A DNA stretch of 64,000 nucleotides from Paraspadella gotoi (GCA_051294375.1 CM119267.1:4695885-4759884); one strand, 5' to 3'; counted from the stretch's first letter, positions 12,401-26,842 are shown. The notes: a model not told the origin generated them from the letters alone. Translations and numbers: made by a program.

Positions 12401-15400
12401 GGTTACTTTCCATATCAACTCCCGGCAAAATGACCCTTAAAAAGCGTCAGTCGGCTTTGAGTAAACCCGCTGCCATATTTGAAAGAGAGAGGTCGTTATC
12501 TCCTGAAATTGAAGATGAAACTCCCAATACCTGTTCAAACTTAGAAAATCCCAAGTCAGAAGAAGCCAAGCCTGTGGAAAAGCAAAAGTCTTTTCATGAA
12601 GAAATTTATGATCCTTTTCAACCGTCCAAAGATGAATCGGAGGAAGAAGAAATCGGTAAGGGAGAGGTGTGTAAAGAAAATAGAGACGTAGATAAAGGGA
12701 AAAAATATGATCGAGCAGAAGAGACTAAAGACAGCAAAGAAACTATTTGCTGTGTGGTCGGAAATGAACAAATCGAAAAAGATGTTTCGAAGGTGGCGGT
12801 GGCGGAACGACTGAGGGACGAGAAAGACAATAACGACGATAAAAGTTGTCGTGAAAAAGAAAAACGAAAAGATCGCAAGCATGATGACCGAGATAGGTCC
12901 AGAGATCTAGACCAAGATAGGTCAAGAGATCGCGACTATGACAGGTCAAGAGATCGCGACTGGGAGAGTCACAGGTCAAGGGATCGAGCCCGGGACAGGT
13001 CAGGGGATCGAGACCGTGGTAGGTCAAGGGATCGAGAACGTGACCGAGATAGGTTAAGGGATCAAAACCAGAACTGTGGAAAAGACTATGGTCGTGATGA
13101 TAATCATAGAGATTGGAATCGTAATAATGACAAAGAAAGGGGAAGAGATCGTGACAAAAATAGAACTTATGATAATGATTATTATAAGTCAAAGGACTAT
13201 GATCGTCATGGTAAAGACAAAAATCCTGATAGACATCGTGAGAGAGGTCATAATAGAGAGGGCGATAGAAGCAGGCAGTATGATCGACAAAAAACAAAAC
13301 ATGACAATGAGAAAGATGAAGACAATGAGAAAGATGATGACAAAAGTTCTGGTCACGGTCAAGGACAGGATTCCAAGAACGACTGCGAAAAAGATTACAA
13401 GGATGATTTGCAAGATAACCAAGAAGAACATTACAATCGTTATCAAGTGAAGAGCGATCACAAAAATGAAGTTGAGAAAGATCATAATAAGGAATCATAT
13501 CTTGGGGAGGAAAACAAGCCTGATGAGGAAAGTTGTCATGCAGTGAAAGATTCTAGGCATGATACCAAAATGGACCATGATCAGGAGGACATGGATGAAA
13601 ACATTAGCCCAAAAAAAGACAGGAAGCGTGACCATTACAAAGATAAGCAAGATGAAGGAAATAATCTCGAACATAATCCAAGATATGATTACCAGAAAAA
13701 AAGGTACAGACATGGTGAAGACAAGGATCTTAAGGGTGATCAGAAGAAAGACTACAATCGTGATTCTGAAAATGATTACAAGCATGATTCAGAAAAGGAT
13801 TACAAGCGCGATTCGGAAAAGGACAACAAGCGCGATTCGGAAAAGGACAACAAGCGCGACTCGGAAAAGGACAACAAGCGCGACTCGGAAAGGACAACAA
13901 GCGCGACTCGGAAAAGGACTACAAGCCCGACTCGGAAAAGGACTACAAGCGCGACTCGGAAAAGGACTACAAGCGCGACTCGGAAAAGGACTACAAGCGC
14001 GACTCGGAAAAGGACTACAAGCGCGACTCGGAAAAGGACTACAAGCGCGACTCGGAAAAGGACTACAAGCGCGACTCGGAAAAGGACTACAAGCGCGACT
14101 CGGAAAAGGACTACAAGCGCGACTCGGAAAAGGACTACAAGCGCGACTCGGAAAAGGACTACAAGCGCGACTCGGAAAAGGACTACAAGCGCGACTCGGA
14201 AAAGGACTACAAGCGCGACTCGGAAAAGGACTACAAGCGCGACTCGGAAAAGGACTACAAGCGCGACTCGGAAAAGGACTACAAGCGCGACTCGGAAAAG
14301 GACTACAAGCGCGACTCGGAAAAGGACTACAAGCGCGACTCGGAAAAGGACTACAAGCGCGACTCGGAAAAGGACTACAAGCGCGACTCGGAAAAGGACT
14401 ACAAGCGCGACTCGGAAAAGGACTACAAGCGCGACTCGGAAAAGGACTACAAGCGCGACTCGGAAAAGGACTACAAGCGCGACTCGGAAAAGGACTACAA
14501 GCGCGACTCGGAAAAGGACTACAAGCGCGACTCGGAAAAGGAATACAAGCGCGACTCGGAAAAGGAATACAAGCGCGACTCGGAAAAGGAATACAACCAA
14601 AGCGCGACTCGGAAAAGGAATACAAGCGCGACTCGGAAAAGACCACGCGGGAGGAAATGAATTATCATCAAGATCAAGAAAGGGACTACAGACGAGATAA
14701 GGATTATTATCGGCGCGATCAAGAAAAGGATTATTACAGGCAGGATAAGCGCGATCTGGAAAGGGATTACAAGCGCGACAAGGGGAAGCATCACGATCGT
14801 GACGCCAGACGATACAAGCATGAACATGAAGAAAAAAGATACCGCGATTTTCATTATAACCAAAATAAGGATGAAGATCACTTTGATCGAGAAAGAGATC
14901 GCGATGAAGAGAGGGATTATGAATCAGGATGTGACCTCAATCGCGATCAAGAAGTAAGACGTCCCGAGCCTTTACATCCGGATCGCCGCCTAGACCCCGA
15001 TGATTTTTCGGGTCACGAACAGCGATGCTACGAAGATCCCAGCCAGCAATCTCCCCGCAAATCTGGCGACAGAAAGGGCTCTAAGTCGACGGAGAGCGTC
15101 GAAGACAATCTCCGCGGTCCCACTACCCCTCCGGAGCCGTCGATCCGAGGCCTGATCGGACCGCGTACGCCCGACTTCCCGGATAGATCCCCGAGCAAAT
15201 GGTCGGGACTCTCGGCACTGGGAAAACCCGTTCCCTCGGTGCGCCACGAGGTGGTTGAGGAGGAAGGGACCGAGTCGATTCGATACGACGAGGGATCGAG
15301 AACGCCGGTTATGGACGAAGAGGAGGAAGAGCGCCAGCTTGCACCCGGCGTCGTTGTTGAGGATGAAAAGGATACGACGACCACTCGTGGTCAACCCAGA

Positions 15401-18400
15401 ACTCCGCCGTTTCCTCCCCCTGACGACTCGGAATCGTCGCCGTCGCCGAGGAGATCATCTGGGCGACGACGCCGGCGTCACTCTACCCCGACGCCCGAGA
15501 GACGCCAGCGCCGTTCGCCGTCGACGGACAGGCGGTATACGAGGAAAGGACGGGAGGAGGAGAGACGCGGTCGTAAGTCGTCTCGCGATCGAAGCCGCCG
15601 CGGAAGATCGCGTTCCAGATCGTATCATGAAAGAGGTAATATATGCCGTCTTTGACTCCGTAAAATACGTTGAAATGCTCTTAGCTTTCAAAATTGTTAA
15701 TGTAGAAAATAATTTTTACTTTGTATAATGTATGTATGAAGTACAATGTACATAACACATTCGTACATCTCATCAAATTAATTTTTTAAAAAATCAATTT
15801 TTATTCAAATTGAATCAATGTTCCCGATATTTTAAATTCATATCTCATGTGACGAACCAAGAGTAATGCCGGAAAAGCTAAATACTGAGCTGTTCATTTT
15901 TGACAAAGGATAAGTTGTTTTAAGCGAGTAAACGAGCCTGTTAACAAAAAGATCTGTTAACCAAGGATCCCGTAAAACACAGAGTATTCGAAAAGGTCTG
16001 ATCTAATTCACGCATTCATATTGAAGTTTTAATTTTGTCATTACATTTTTAATTCGAATGTCGGCATCCTTTACGTAACTTAACTCGTCGCCTTTAAAAA
16101 AAAAATTATTTTTTTCATTCTCGACTTTTTTCCGCAGATCGACGATCAAAGCGAGACCGACGCTCCCGCTCCGTCGATGGGCGCGTCGTATCCTCCACCG
16201 ATTCGCGCTCCAAGAGACCGCGTTCCCCTTCCCCCCGAGATGAGGCTCCTCCGCCAGACCAGCGTCAGAGACGAAAGTCGCCCCATACGCCCTCCCCGCC
16301 CCCGACGCTGGTCAAGAAGGTCGCCAGCGCCCCCGCCATTTCGCACCATCCGCTCGACATTTTGACGCAGACGCGTACCTCGACCCCGGCGTCGGCCTCT
16401 GCTCCTCCGGCGTCGGTCGTCGCCCACCCATTGGACGTGCTGGGACAGAATCTTCCAGCTCCGGGTTGGCCGAGCGGTCCGCCGAGTTTCCCCGCCGATT
16501 CTCATCATCCGTCTCAAATGCCTCCACCCGCTGGTTATGACGTCGCCTCTCAGCCGCCGATGCATCCTTTCGCCCAGCCGCCCTTCTATGATCCTCATCA
16601 ACCGCCGCCGAATTTTCCAGGAGGACCCCCGCCTCAAATGTTTCCCTTCGCGCCTCATTATCCGCCGCCACCGAACCAACGCTATCCTCAGCCGCCTTCC
16701 TCAACCAGTCAACGCTATTCTCAACCTCCACCCCATCTTTATCCACCGCCGCCATTTTCCTCCGTTCCGCCGCCGAACTACGACGCCGTGGCGAAGCCGC
16801 CTCAAAGATTTCCTCCGCCACCGCAACAACTCTCGATTCCGGAAGAAATCGCCAGGATCCGAGCGAAAATGAGTCAGCAGCCGCCAGCGCCCGGCACCGC
16901 GTCCGATGTTCCGGCGTCGACGCCATCCCCGGCTCCCGGTGCGAAGCCAAGCCTTTCAAAGTCCGGCCTCTCGGTGGAACTTTCTCCTGCAACCTCTACG
17001 ACGCCGCCGGCGCCCGGCGAAGGCGGCGTTCTCAGGGCCGATGCCGATTCCGGCGTTAGCGCTAATGCTACTGGCTTGTCGGCGTTGCGTCGGCAGGGCG
17101 ATGCCATTCCTCATATACCGGGTCGGGGCGGGTCCGCGCTTACGCTTCCCTCTTCCTCAAACTCGCCCGTATTTGGTCTCGAGAGTCCCGCCAACGGCGG
17201 CGAACTTTCTCGAAAACCTTGGAAGCCATGGGCCAAGGCGCTTGACCGTGATATCGTGCCGCTGCCGGATCAGCAGCAGCAGCAGCTTAAAGACGGCGTC
17301 GCCGACCCTTTTCTAGATCCTTTCGCAGCCGAGAATCCTAACTACGAGAACGAGCCCGAGGAGGAGGCTTCCTCGAAGGCAGATCCCTTCTCTGTTCCCT
17401 CAGCGCCCTCAGTCAAATCCTCCGCCAAGGCCTCCTCCTCTTCCTCCACCAAGGCGACTAAGTCCAAGTCGAATGAGGATGCCGCCGACTCGCCCGGCGG
17501 CGCCAAGGCCAAGAAGGGCAAGCAGCCCCGGAAGGGCAAAGCCAAGAAGGACAAGGAGGAAGAGAAGGAGGGCGACGACGACGAGGAAGGGCCTAGGAGG
17601 AGGAGCTCGAGGATTCAAAGATTGGAGGAGAAGGTGAGAGTGTCAAGGAAGCATCACGTGGCTTCGTTTCCCCTAAAAAAATTGTTATTTAACACGGGAT
17701 TTGTCACTTTAAAAAGCCCTTTTGCCTTTTAATTTAATTAATTTTTTTTAAAAATTTTAATTGAATGTTTCTCAAAAGGTATCTGAGTTTGAATTTGAAT
17801 TTGTATCTAAATAAAATTATAATGAGCAACAATATTTTATTAGAATATAAGTATTATAAGATTGATTTTATAAGCCTTTATTCTAATATAATATATAAAA
17901 TAGTTCGGGGATATTTAAAAGGGTCAAAATTTTGTCATCTACAAACCCCGGTTTTATAGGGTATTAAAGATTCATCCGAGACCGTACTATAGCGTAATAT
18001 ATGCCCAAATGAATGGGAAAATCGAAAGATTAAAATTTGACCGAAATTTACTGCCGAAGTGAAACTTGTCGTTCACTCGTGAAAAAAAAGTTCCTTTTCC
18101 CGCGATCCGTTTCGGTTTTTCGAGCGACAAAAACAAATTCTTTCGCTCTTTTTCCCCCGCGACCGACCGACCGACCAGGTGAAGACCGACAAGGAGGCGG
18201 AGAAGCGACGAAAAATGATCGAGAAGCGGGAGAAGGAGGAAGAGGAGGAGCGAAGGAGAAAGAAAGAGGAGGAGGAAAGAGCGACCGCCGGCGGTCAGGA
18301 AGAGGCCGTCGAGTTTGTTCGCAGCAGCAACACCACCAACCTGTCGCCGTTTCCACTCCGCTCCGCCTCCAACACCAAGGCCGGTGAGGAGGGGCCGGCG

Positions 18401-21400
18401 GCGGCGGCGGCGCCGCCGATTCCTGCCGGGGGGACGGAGTCACTCCTCTCGCCGCTCGGAGGTGAGGGCAAAGGTGCGTGTCGCAGGAGAGAGAGAGAGA
18501 GTGTGTGTATAAAAAAATTATTCATTTTTCTTTTTATTCATAAGATCTAATTGAATAATCTAATGAATATATGTTGAACTCAACAACGTTTAATAAATAG
18601 CTTCGCTAAATTGTTTTTTTGTTTTAATAGCAAAATATTGAAATCCGTTTTCAGGCGTGAAACCAAAATCGCGCTGGCTGCAAGCGAGCGAACTGGGTGG
18701 CATCACGCCGCTTCCGCCGCCGGGCGATTCCTCCGCGGAAGAGGCCGGCGGCGGCGCCGACTCTGGGGCCGCCCCGCACAGTCATTACAAGAAGTCGATC
18801 CTCTCCAAGATGGAGAACACCGAGGTGCCGACGTCGTCCTCGCCATCGTCCAATGATCGCCCCGTCTCCGCCGCCGTCTCCTTCGACGACGACGACGAGG
18901 ACGACAAGGAGAACGTCTCCTCGATGAGCGTGGACGAATCCGCCAAGGCCTCGTCCTCCTACGAGAAAATCTCTGAACTCCTCTACCTCTTCGAGCGACG
19001 CAAAGTCAAATCCCGCAAGGAAGTGAAGCGCATGATCTGCGACTGCTCGCCGCCCGAAGAGTTCGCCGCCGAAGGCGAAGTTGGCTGCGGGGACGAGTGC
19101 CTCAACCGTTTGCTCATGATCGAGTGCGGCTCCCGCTGCCCCTGCGGCGACGCCTGCACCAACAAGCGGTTCCAGCGTCGGCAATACGCCCCCGTCAAGG
19201 CCAAGGCAACGCCGGGCAAAGGGACCGGCCTATTCGCCGACGGAGACTTCGTAGAGGGCGACTTCGTGATGGAGTACGTTGGCGAGGTGCTGGGGCCGGC
19301 CGACTTCAAGCAGCGCGTCAAACAGTACGCCAAAGAGGGTCAGCGACATCACTATTTCATGTCGCTCCGCGCCGACGAGATCATCGACGCGACGCGAAAG
19401 GGCAATGAGTCTCGTTTCTACAACCACTCCTGCCAACCCAATTGCGAGACGCAAAAGTGGACCGTGAACGGGGAGCTGCGCGTCGGTTTTTTCGCCAAAA
19501 GCTACATTCCGCGCGGAACCGAACTTACCTTCGACTATCAATTCGAAACCTATGGAAAGGCCGCTCAGAAATGCTACTGCGGCGCGCCCGAATGTCGCGG
19601 CTTCATTGGAGGAGCTAAGGGCGAAAAGAGAGTGGAGAGGGAAGGAGATGAGGACGACGACGACGACGACGACTCCGAAGTCGACGCCGACGTCAGCTCT
19701 TCGGAGGAGCGATCTAAAGAACCTAAGGCCGCGGGAAGGAAGAGGATGGCCCTCCCGGACGTCGACAAAAGCCTCGAAAAATTGAAGAGAGAATGGCTCG
19801 ATGACCTCTCGCTCGAAGACGAGATCGAACAGATGCCGACGCGGACGGGACTTAAGTCACGGGAGCAGGTGCTGCATCTGAGCAGGCTCATGGTAAGGGC
19901 CGAGAATTCGGCTCAGCGCTCCATGCTGCTCAACGTGTTACAAGCGACGGAAGAGCAAGCTTGCCTTCGACTCTTCCTCGACTATCATGGCCTCTCTCTC
20001 GTTTGGAGTTGGATGGCTGACTGCCCTGAGACGGACTACGCTCTGCAGAAAGAGATTCTCAAAACGCTAGAGGCGCTGCCCATCAACAATAAAACGATTC
20101 TGAAAGACAGCAAGATATTGACCATGGTGGAAAAGTGGTCGACACGCATGGGAATCTCAACCAAGCCTTCCGATCCCGACGCCGACTTAAGTACGCCTAA
20201 TTCCAACTCGGGAACGCCGCTTTTCGACGAGAAGCGACCGCCCGTTGGCGGCACCGCCGATCCCGCCGACGAAGGTTTGTCCTCTCTTTCGTCGGAATCG
20301 GAATCCGACGTCAACGACGCTAAATCTACCGTCAAGGCTCAACAACAGCAGAAACAGCTCGACTTCACAGCCACAGAAGGTCTCACTGCCCGCGACACAT
20401 CCCTCACTGCCGCCAGCGAAGACAAGACCCAGGACTCGAACGTGAGTTCCCTCTCCGAATCTGGCCGAGTCGGGGAAGAGTCTTGCCCAGCAGATTCCGA
20501 AGCCCTGCGCAAAGAGATTCGCGAATTGGCCGTCAAGCTGCTCGAAGACTGGAAGGACTTGAAGGAAGTCTTCAAGATTCCCAAGATCCTGCATCGCGAA
20601 CGGCGCGAGCACGAGAAGGATCTCGACGCCCGTCGCGACTCTGCAAGATCCAAAGAGCGAAAGGAAGACAGGGAGGCGCGGCGTCGACGGGAAGCCCGTG
20701 CACTCGACCGAAAGCGGAAGCACTCGCCGGAGCCGGCGTCGCGGGATTCTCCCAAAGATAGCGGCCTCAAGTCTGGCCCCTCGACAAGCAAAATCTCCAA
20801 GTATGAACACCGAAGGCTTTTTGAGGAGAAAGTGAAACTCGAGGACACTCTGCGAGAGCAACTTCGGCTGCGGCAGCAGCATCAACAACACGATTCGGCG
20901 ATGCAGCCGCCGACGAACTGGTCTCAGCCACCGCAGAGCGGGGGGATTTACGCTCCGCCTACCACCGCCAGCGTCGGGCCGCCCTTTCATCCAGGCGTCG
21001 ATGACCAAAACGCTTCTGCCCCTCTTCGAAGTGTCCCGCCGGCAACCATGCCATCATTTGCTCAGTTCATGCCTCCGACGGGTCTCCCGCCGCCTTCGGG
21101 ACCGCCACCACCCTCGGGTCCGCCGCCCATCTCTGGTCCGCCACTTAACGGACCGCCGCCACCCATTGGTCCTTACCCACCTCCGAGATCCAGCGGCGGA
21201 TTTACTAAATCCACTTATATGAATCCTCAACATCATTCATTTCACGCCGCGCCGGAGCAACCACCGCCACCGGTCATGGTTCCTATCGTCGGTGAGTGAT
21301 AAGTTTTTTTGTTTTTTTTTTGTTTTTTTTTTGTTTTTTAGTTCGCCTTAGGAATTTAATAAAAAATTAAATATTTTCAATTTCAAAATTTGTTTGGGAT

Positions 21401-24037
21401 AATCCGTCTAAATTACAATTATTAGTTTAATTTTTATTGTTTTTTTTTTTTTTTTTTGTTTTTTTTTTTAGCCGATCCAAACAACCCTCACGCCGTCATC
21501 TTCGTTCCGGCTCCAGCGCCGACTCAGGAAAAAGTGAAGACGGTAACGCCCAAGCCGCCCCGCCCAACGCTGGTCTCCCCGTCTTCAGCGCCACCCATCG
21601 GACAAATTCCGCTTCCGCTACCCCCGCTTCCCGAACCGAGCCTAATCGTTTCCCCTCCGATGCCCGGGGGCCCAGCGGACGCTCAAGCTCAGGCCGAAGT
21701 CGCCGTGGTGTCCGTGACGCCGACGGCGCCTGCGCAAGCGGCCACGACGACAGTGTCGCTTCCGCCTGTTTTGGAACAGCTTATCTCACACATACCTCTG
21801 CCGTCTTCAGTCGCGAAGCGTAAGTCAATTGACGTTTTGTTTTTTTGCTCGTTAATTTTTCTTTGCTGTATTGTTGCGTTTTTCCGCCCCAGCACCATCA
21901 ACCCCGCCACTTCCCGCGCCTGTCCCCGCTATGCCGTCGAAGAGTCCCACCCCTACTTCGACCCCACCGGAAACGCCATCCGCTCTCGACATTCGGCTCG
22001 CCCCCATGCTAGCGTCTATGTCGTCCTCGCCGCTCGATGGTTAGACTAATACCGGGATTGGATTGGATTTTTTTGTTTTTCGTTTCTGTTGGCTTATTAG
22101 ACTTAACTGTTAGTCTTGAGAAAATGAAAATAAAGTAATAATAGCTACTAGTTTTAATTAAGTCCACCCACGCCGCCCCTCAGACGAACCCAGCAGCGAT
22201 CGTGCCCAACGGCCCGAGGCCGACGAAGAAGAGCCTCCCCCTCCTCCGGCCCCTCCAGCGCCCGGCCCTTCCGTCAAGTTGCCCTCAAATTGGAAGTTGG
22301 CCAAAGACGCCAACGGAAAGACTTACTATTATCATTCCGTCACGCGAAAGACCCAGTGGGAACCGCCCACTTCCGACGAGGACAAAGTCGACAACGCCGG
22401 CGTCAGTGGCATTTACGGCGACGTCGACGAGGAGCTCAAAGCGGGACCGGCGCGGTCATCGGTGGACGATTTGGGTGAGAAGGAAAGGGGGGAGGTGTCA
22501 TGAAAAGATCTTTTTCGTTGATTTCATTTTATGCAAATTCCATCGTTGACTTGAAATTCATTCTCGCCTCAGACGCCAGTTGGGACGGTCACAGCGGCCG
22601 CGGCGGCAGCATGGGCGGAGTCGAAGAGAGTGGGTGGAGCACCCCGACGTCGGACCTGCAAGCCTCTATTCCCGTCGCCGGCTCCGCCTCCTCGGGCACA
22701 GTTCCCGATCTCATCAAACCCGGTCGCAGTTCGGTCGGCCGAGTCGAGAGGAAGAAACGTCACCATCGTCATCACCGCAAGTCGACGGAGAAGAAGGAAG
22801 GCTCCAAACTCGTCACCGCCAAACTCTCCGAGGTACAGGTGACAATATGACTGTGAAATATTCACATTTATCTAGAAGTAAAAAAATCTTATTTTTTATG
22901 TTTTATAAAAGATCTCTCCATACATCATCGCATCATGGGGCTCCTTAACTCTGATTTCAATTCACTTTAATTTTAATTTTAATTTTACGAAGGTCGTCTC
23001 CGTGGCCGCGGATTCTAGCGACGTGATCAAACGCGCCAAGGAGGACTTTCGCAAAAGCATTTCTTCGCACATCGTTGCTTGTCTCAACCCTTACCGCAAA
23101 CCCGATTGCAAGTTGGGCAGAATCGCCACCAACGAAGATTTTAAACACTTGGTGAGAAAAAGTCAAACGTCGTCGGTGTTCGCGAGTGATGATTTGAAAA
23201 AAAATGGTCCGTCCAAATCATGAAGTTTTAAGATTTTCTATTTTTATTTCTATTTAATATTTTTTAGATAATGTTAATTGAATTTAAATGATATTTTAAG
23301 AATTTTAGATTTTCTTTTTTTTTTTCCTTTCTCTGTAAATTTCTGTTTCGTTTAACTAAGCTCATTTAAGTTCAACTTGACATTTAATTCATTATCCTTG
23401 AGTTTTTCGTAAAATAACCTCGCAGGTCACCGTTATTAGTTGGGTTTCCCTCTGTTAAATTTATTGCGTTTATAATTCATATTTTCGCAGCCCGCATGAG
23501 TGTCCTTTCTTTCATCGTGCCTCCGTAAATCTTTCGTAAAAACATTTGTTGAACATTGAAACCCATTTACGTTGGTTTCATCGCTTGGTCTAAAACTTAA
23601 ACCTTTGCCGCTGATATGTATTCTAAACAATATTCATAGTTATTCGAACCTGCATCGATTGTGTTTTTCATGAATTTAATTTGAACATAATTTTCCCGCG
23701 ACCTTCGTCTCATCCATCAGCCCAAATTTATTCGTCTCAATTATCATCGCCCTCAGGCTCGTAAAATGACACACGCGGTGATGGCGAAAGAAGTTAAGCA
23801 CATCACGTGCATCGAGGATTTAAAAGTGAGCGATTCCGTCAAGGCCAAAGCCAAAGACTACATTCGTCGCTACATGGTGAGGGAATTAGGATTTGGGGGG
23901 AACGGGAGGGGGGAACACGGATACCATGTCAGGAACAATTCATTTTTATTTAATTTTTTTTTTTTTAATACTTTTTTTAGGTCAAATACGGCCCGGTTTA
24001 CCGCAAGGATCCGAAGGAAGCCGTCAGTTTTGATTAA
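9486..24037 (+). CDS. SETD2: H3K36 methyltransferase SETD2/Set2, 14 inferred exons (9486-9642, 9719-9835, 9908-10026, 10090-15635, 16138-17633, 18179-18473, 18655-21291, 21472-21819, 21893-22039, 22184-22474, 22573-22832, 22993-23151, 23757-23876, 23981-24037); frame disrupted in exon 4 as assembled
   Basis: AWS (CDC...CGDECLNRLLMIECGSRCPCGDACTNKRFQ), SET (EYVGEV, HYFMSL, RFYNHSCQPN, ELTFDYQF), post-SET (CYCGAPECRGFIG), autoinhibitory region (CLRLFLDYHGLSLVWSWM), SHI-like KISKYEHRRLFEE, WW (LPSNWKLAKDANGKTYYYHSVTRKTQWEPP) and SRI (FRKSISSHIVACLNPYRKPDCKLGRI...ARKMTHAVMAKE). The N-terminal exons are linked by splice phase only. Confidence 0.93.
10828..10950 (+). repeat. Degenerate coding 24-bp repeat (DRTLDRSA), about 5 copies, in SETD2 exon 4
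   Basis: gatcgtactcttgaccggagtgct and variants occur in tandem. Confidence 0.8.
13750..14641 (+). repeat. Coding minisatellite, 24-bp unit gactacaagcgcgactcggaaaag (DYKRDSEK), about 35 copies, nearly perfect core
   Basis: Directly visible tandem array with degenerate copies at both edges and no spacers. Confidence 0.98.
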
Positions 24038-25034
24038 GGACTGTTCCCTAGAATTGTGAATTACTACGTACTTGGACTTGTTTAAAGTTTTCCGTTTTTC
24101 TTTTGTAATAACTGGGGAGTAAATTAAAATGATTCTCCTCTTTGCTAAACTCTAATGAAACCGACCCTCGGTCATTCGCGGTTTTTTTTTCTTTCTTTTT
24201 TGGTTTTTTTTTTTTTTTTTTTTGCCGGGGATTACGAATGGCTAATCTCGACCGACTCGAACAGTTTTTTTGTAGGATTTTAATTTGTACAGTTTTTAAT
24301 TGATTTAATTATATCTACGACCTCTTCATTTTCCCCCCATCTCCGATCCACTTTTTTTTAAAAAATAGGTTAGACTTATTGGGACGTGGTTTACTGAATC
24401 TAAGTTATCATCAGATCGAAATCGCATCGATTTTTTTTTGTAATTAAATTCGCTTTGTTACGTCGAAACAAATTTTGTCGATTCTTTTGCATTTTTTGAT
24501 GCATTGTCGTTTGTCTTGATTTCCAGGTTTGACTGGCGGATGGAATGTCGTCTTGCGCCCGAATTCAAACTCAAATGTGATACAAATTTAAAAAAAAGAA
24601 TATTACTCGGCTGGAAGTTAGCGAATTAACACTTATCCGGAAAGCCTGATTTTCATTTAACATCGTTAGCAAACACGTAATTATTTCGTGCTTTTTTAAT
24701 TATATTTTTATGATTTGTTAGCGCGGACTACATTGCAAGTTTCTTTGAAGCGTTTACCGCAATGATTATTTTTCATTTCACTAAAAATCATTTTATTGAA
24801 AAAAAAAATGATGATATCCTTCATTCTTTCTCTCTTACTCGCATTAAAACAAATAAAAGGTTCAAACTGGACGCAATCGATTTTAAAATCGAAGTTTGCG
24901 TTCTAATTTTTTTTCGTTTTTCCCACTCCGAGACCGTAAACCATCGTGACTAGTAATTTTCGAAATTATCTAGCTTCCCACTCGAATGGGAAAGAGGTGT
25001 GTAATAGCGAGTTTCGCGGTCTTGGTGTCTCGCC

Positions 25035-25038
<4 letters not shown>

Positions 25039-25108
<70 letters not shown>
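25039..25108. repeat. (CT)n microsatellite upstream of Plexin A
   Basis: Continuous TC run. Confidence 0.95.
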
Positions 25109-25684
25109 GTAATAGTCGTTGACATTTTATTGCTTTTCTAATGGACAAAAACTTACCCGGAAAAGACACGGGATACGGGAGTGACAAAGGCGACTTATTG
25201 CCAAATCTTTACCAATAAAAGGAGAACGAACCGCAGAATATCACGAACGAAAATGTGTCCTTTTCTCTCCTCGATCCCTTTTAACTCTTTTCCTTCAACT
25301 CTTTCCTTTCGACGGGACGCCACATTTCGCGATTTCTTAACAAAGTTTAATCTGCTCTGCCAAATGACAGCGATGTCTTTTTTTCGCCGATTCGAAAATT
25401 GCTCAAGAAAATCTCGCTCTCTCGGTTTTGCCCTTTTCTTTTCTTTTTTTTTTATTATCTGGTTCCCGATTTTCGAGTCATCCGGTTTTTTTTTTTCCAG
25501 ATTTCTTCTTCAGTGGGTTGGCGTTTTAACCACAAGTCTCGAGTATTTAAATCTGAAAAATTTAAATTCTTTTCAGAAATTCCTTATCTTGAGAGGAAAA
25601 AAAATTATTTCGTATCTGTTTCCGCTCTTTCCCCTCTCGAATCGAGCGACAACCCTCGTTTCTCTTTTTTTTATTTTTGTTCAC

Positions 25685-25811
<127 letters not shown>

Positions 25812-26842
25812 CAAATTTTTTCTCCTCCCCTCGTTTCTCACGGAGTCTTACTTCGAACAAGAGAGAAATCGAAAGAAGACAAAAAAGCGCATTCGCTTCC
25901 CGTTTTTTTTAAACTAAATGACGAAGAATCTCTTCTCCTAAAAGATTTCGTTATTTTTTTTTTCTTTTCTCTTAAATTCTGACTCTTCCTCCTTACCAGC
26001 AACGAATGCAAAATAAACCGAAAGGAAAAAAAAAACTGTACAAAAAAATTTAAAAAAATCATGGGATGAACTGGAACCGCGAAAGAAAGCCTGAATCGCC
26101 AGGGAGGGATGAAAAGGCGAAAAAGAAAATCGCAAAGCTAAGAAGACCCGACGGAACAAAAAATAAAAAAGGAAAAAAAAAAACCTAATGAATTGATCTC
26201 TGAGACGCCGTTCGTTCGTAAAACCTTCCCCCCTCCTCCCTCTTTTATGCTTTCTCGTCCCGCTTAACAAACGATAAAACCGCAAAAAAAAGAAAGGGGG
26301 GGAAAAAAAAAGAAAGAAAAACGATTCATTGATCTCTCTCGTTGGTTCGCTCTTTCTCTCCCTCTCTCTCTCTCTCTTTCACTCCCTCGCTCTTGGCCTC
26401 ATTCTCGTCGCGTCTCCTCCCCCGGAGCTTTGCGTTCTTCAAACAATCATAATTCCCTTCCCCAAGTGGGCAACGTCGTCCTCCTAATCATCGCAAACAA
26501 TTCCGCTCAAAAAAAAAATATTCTTAGCTCTCTCCTTTTTCTTCCTTACGAATTTTCATCCATCTCTCTCTCTCTCTTTTTCTCTCTCTCTCTCACTTTC
26601 TGTATTGAGTCCGCGCCGGTTCGACACTACTGAACGCTGAAAAAAAACAACAAAAACTTGATACTAAATTAAGCGTCGCCGGCGGAAGTTAATGAAGAAA
26701 CAAAAACAATTCGGCGCCGACTCTGTCGGCCATCGGCGACGTCAGGGCAAAGAATCAACAGCGAAGTTTTAAATTTGAACTTAACCGATTATAGACAAGT
26801 AATATAAATTTAAAAAAAAACAAAAAACCTGAACCGTTAAAA

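Noticed and set aside
13750-14641. 24-bp array as a CRISPR array
   Set aside because: Units are contiguous with no spacers, lie in a eukaryotic exon, and no cas genes are present.
13390-14641. Resemblance of DYKRDSEK/DYKDDLQD to the FLAG tag (vector contamination)
   Set aside because: The units grade into native degenerate repeats, lack the DYKxxD epitope and have no vector context.
13789-14646. Long antisense and alternative-frame ORFs (PFPSRACS, VALVVLFR, LQARLGKG repeats)
   Set aside because: By-products of a stop-free repeat unit; the flanking degenerate copies show DYKRDSEK is the real frame.
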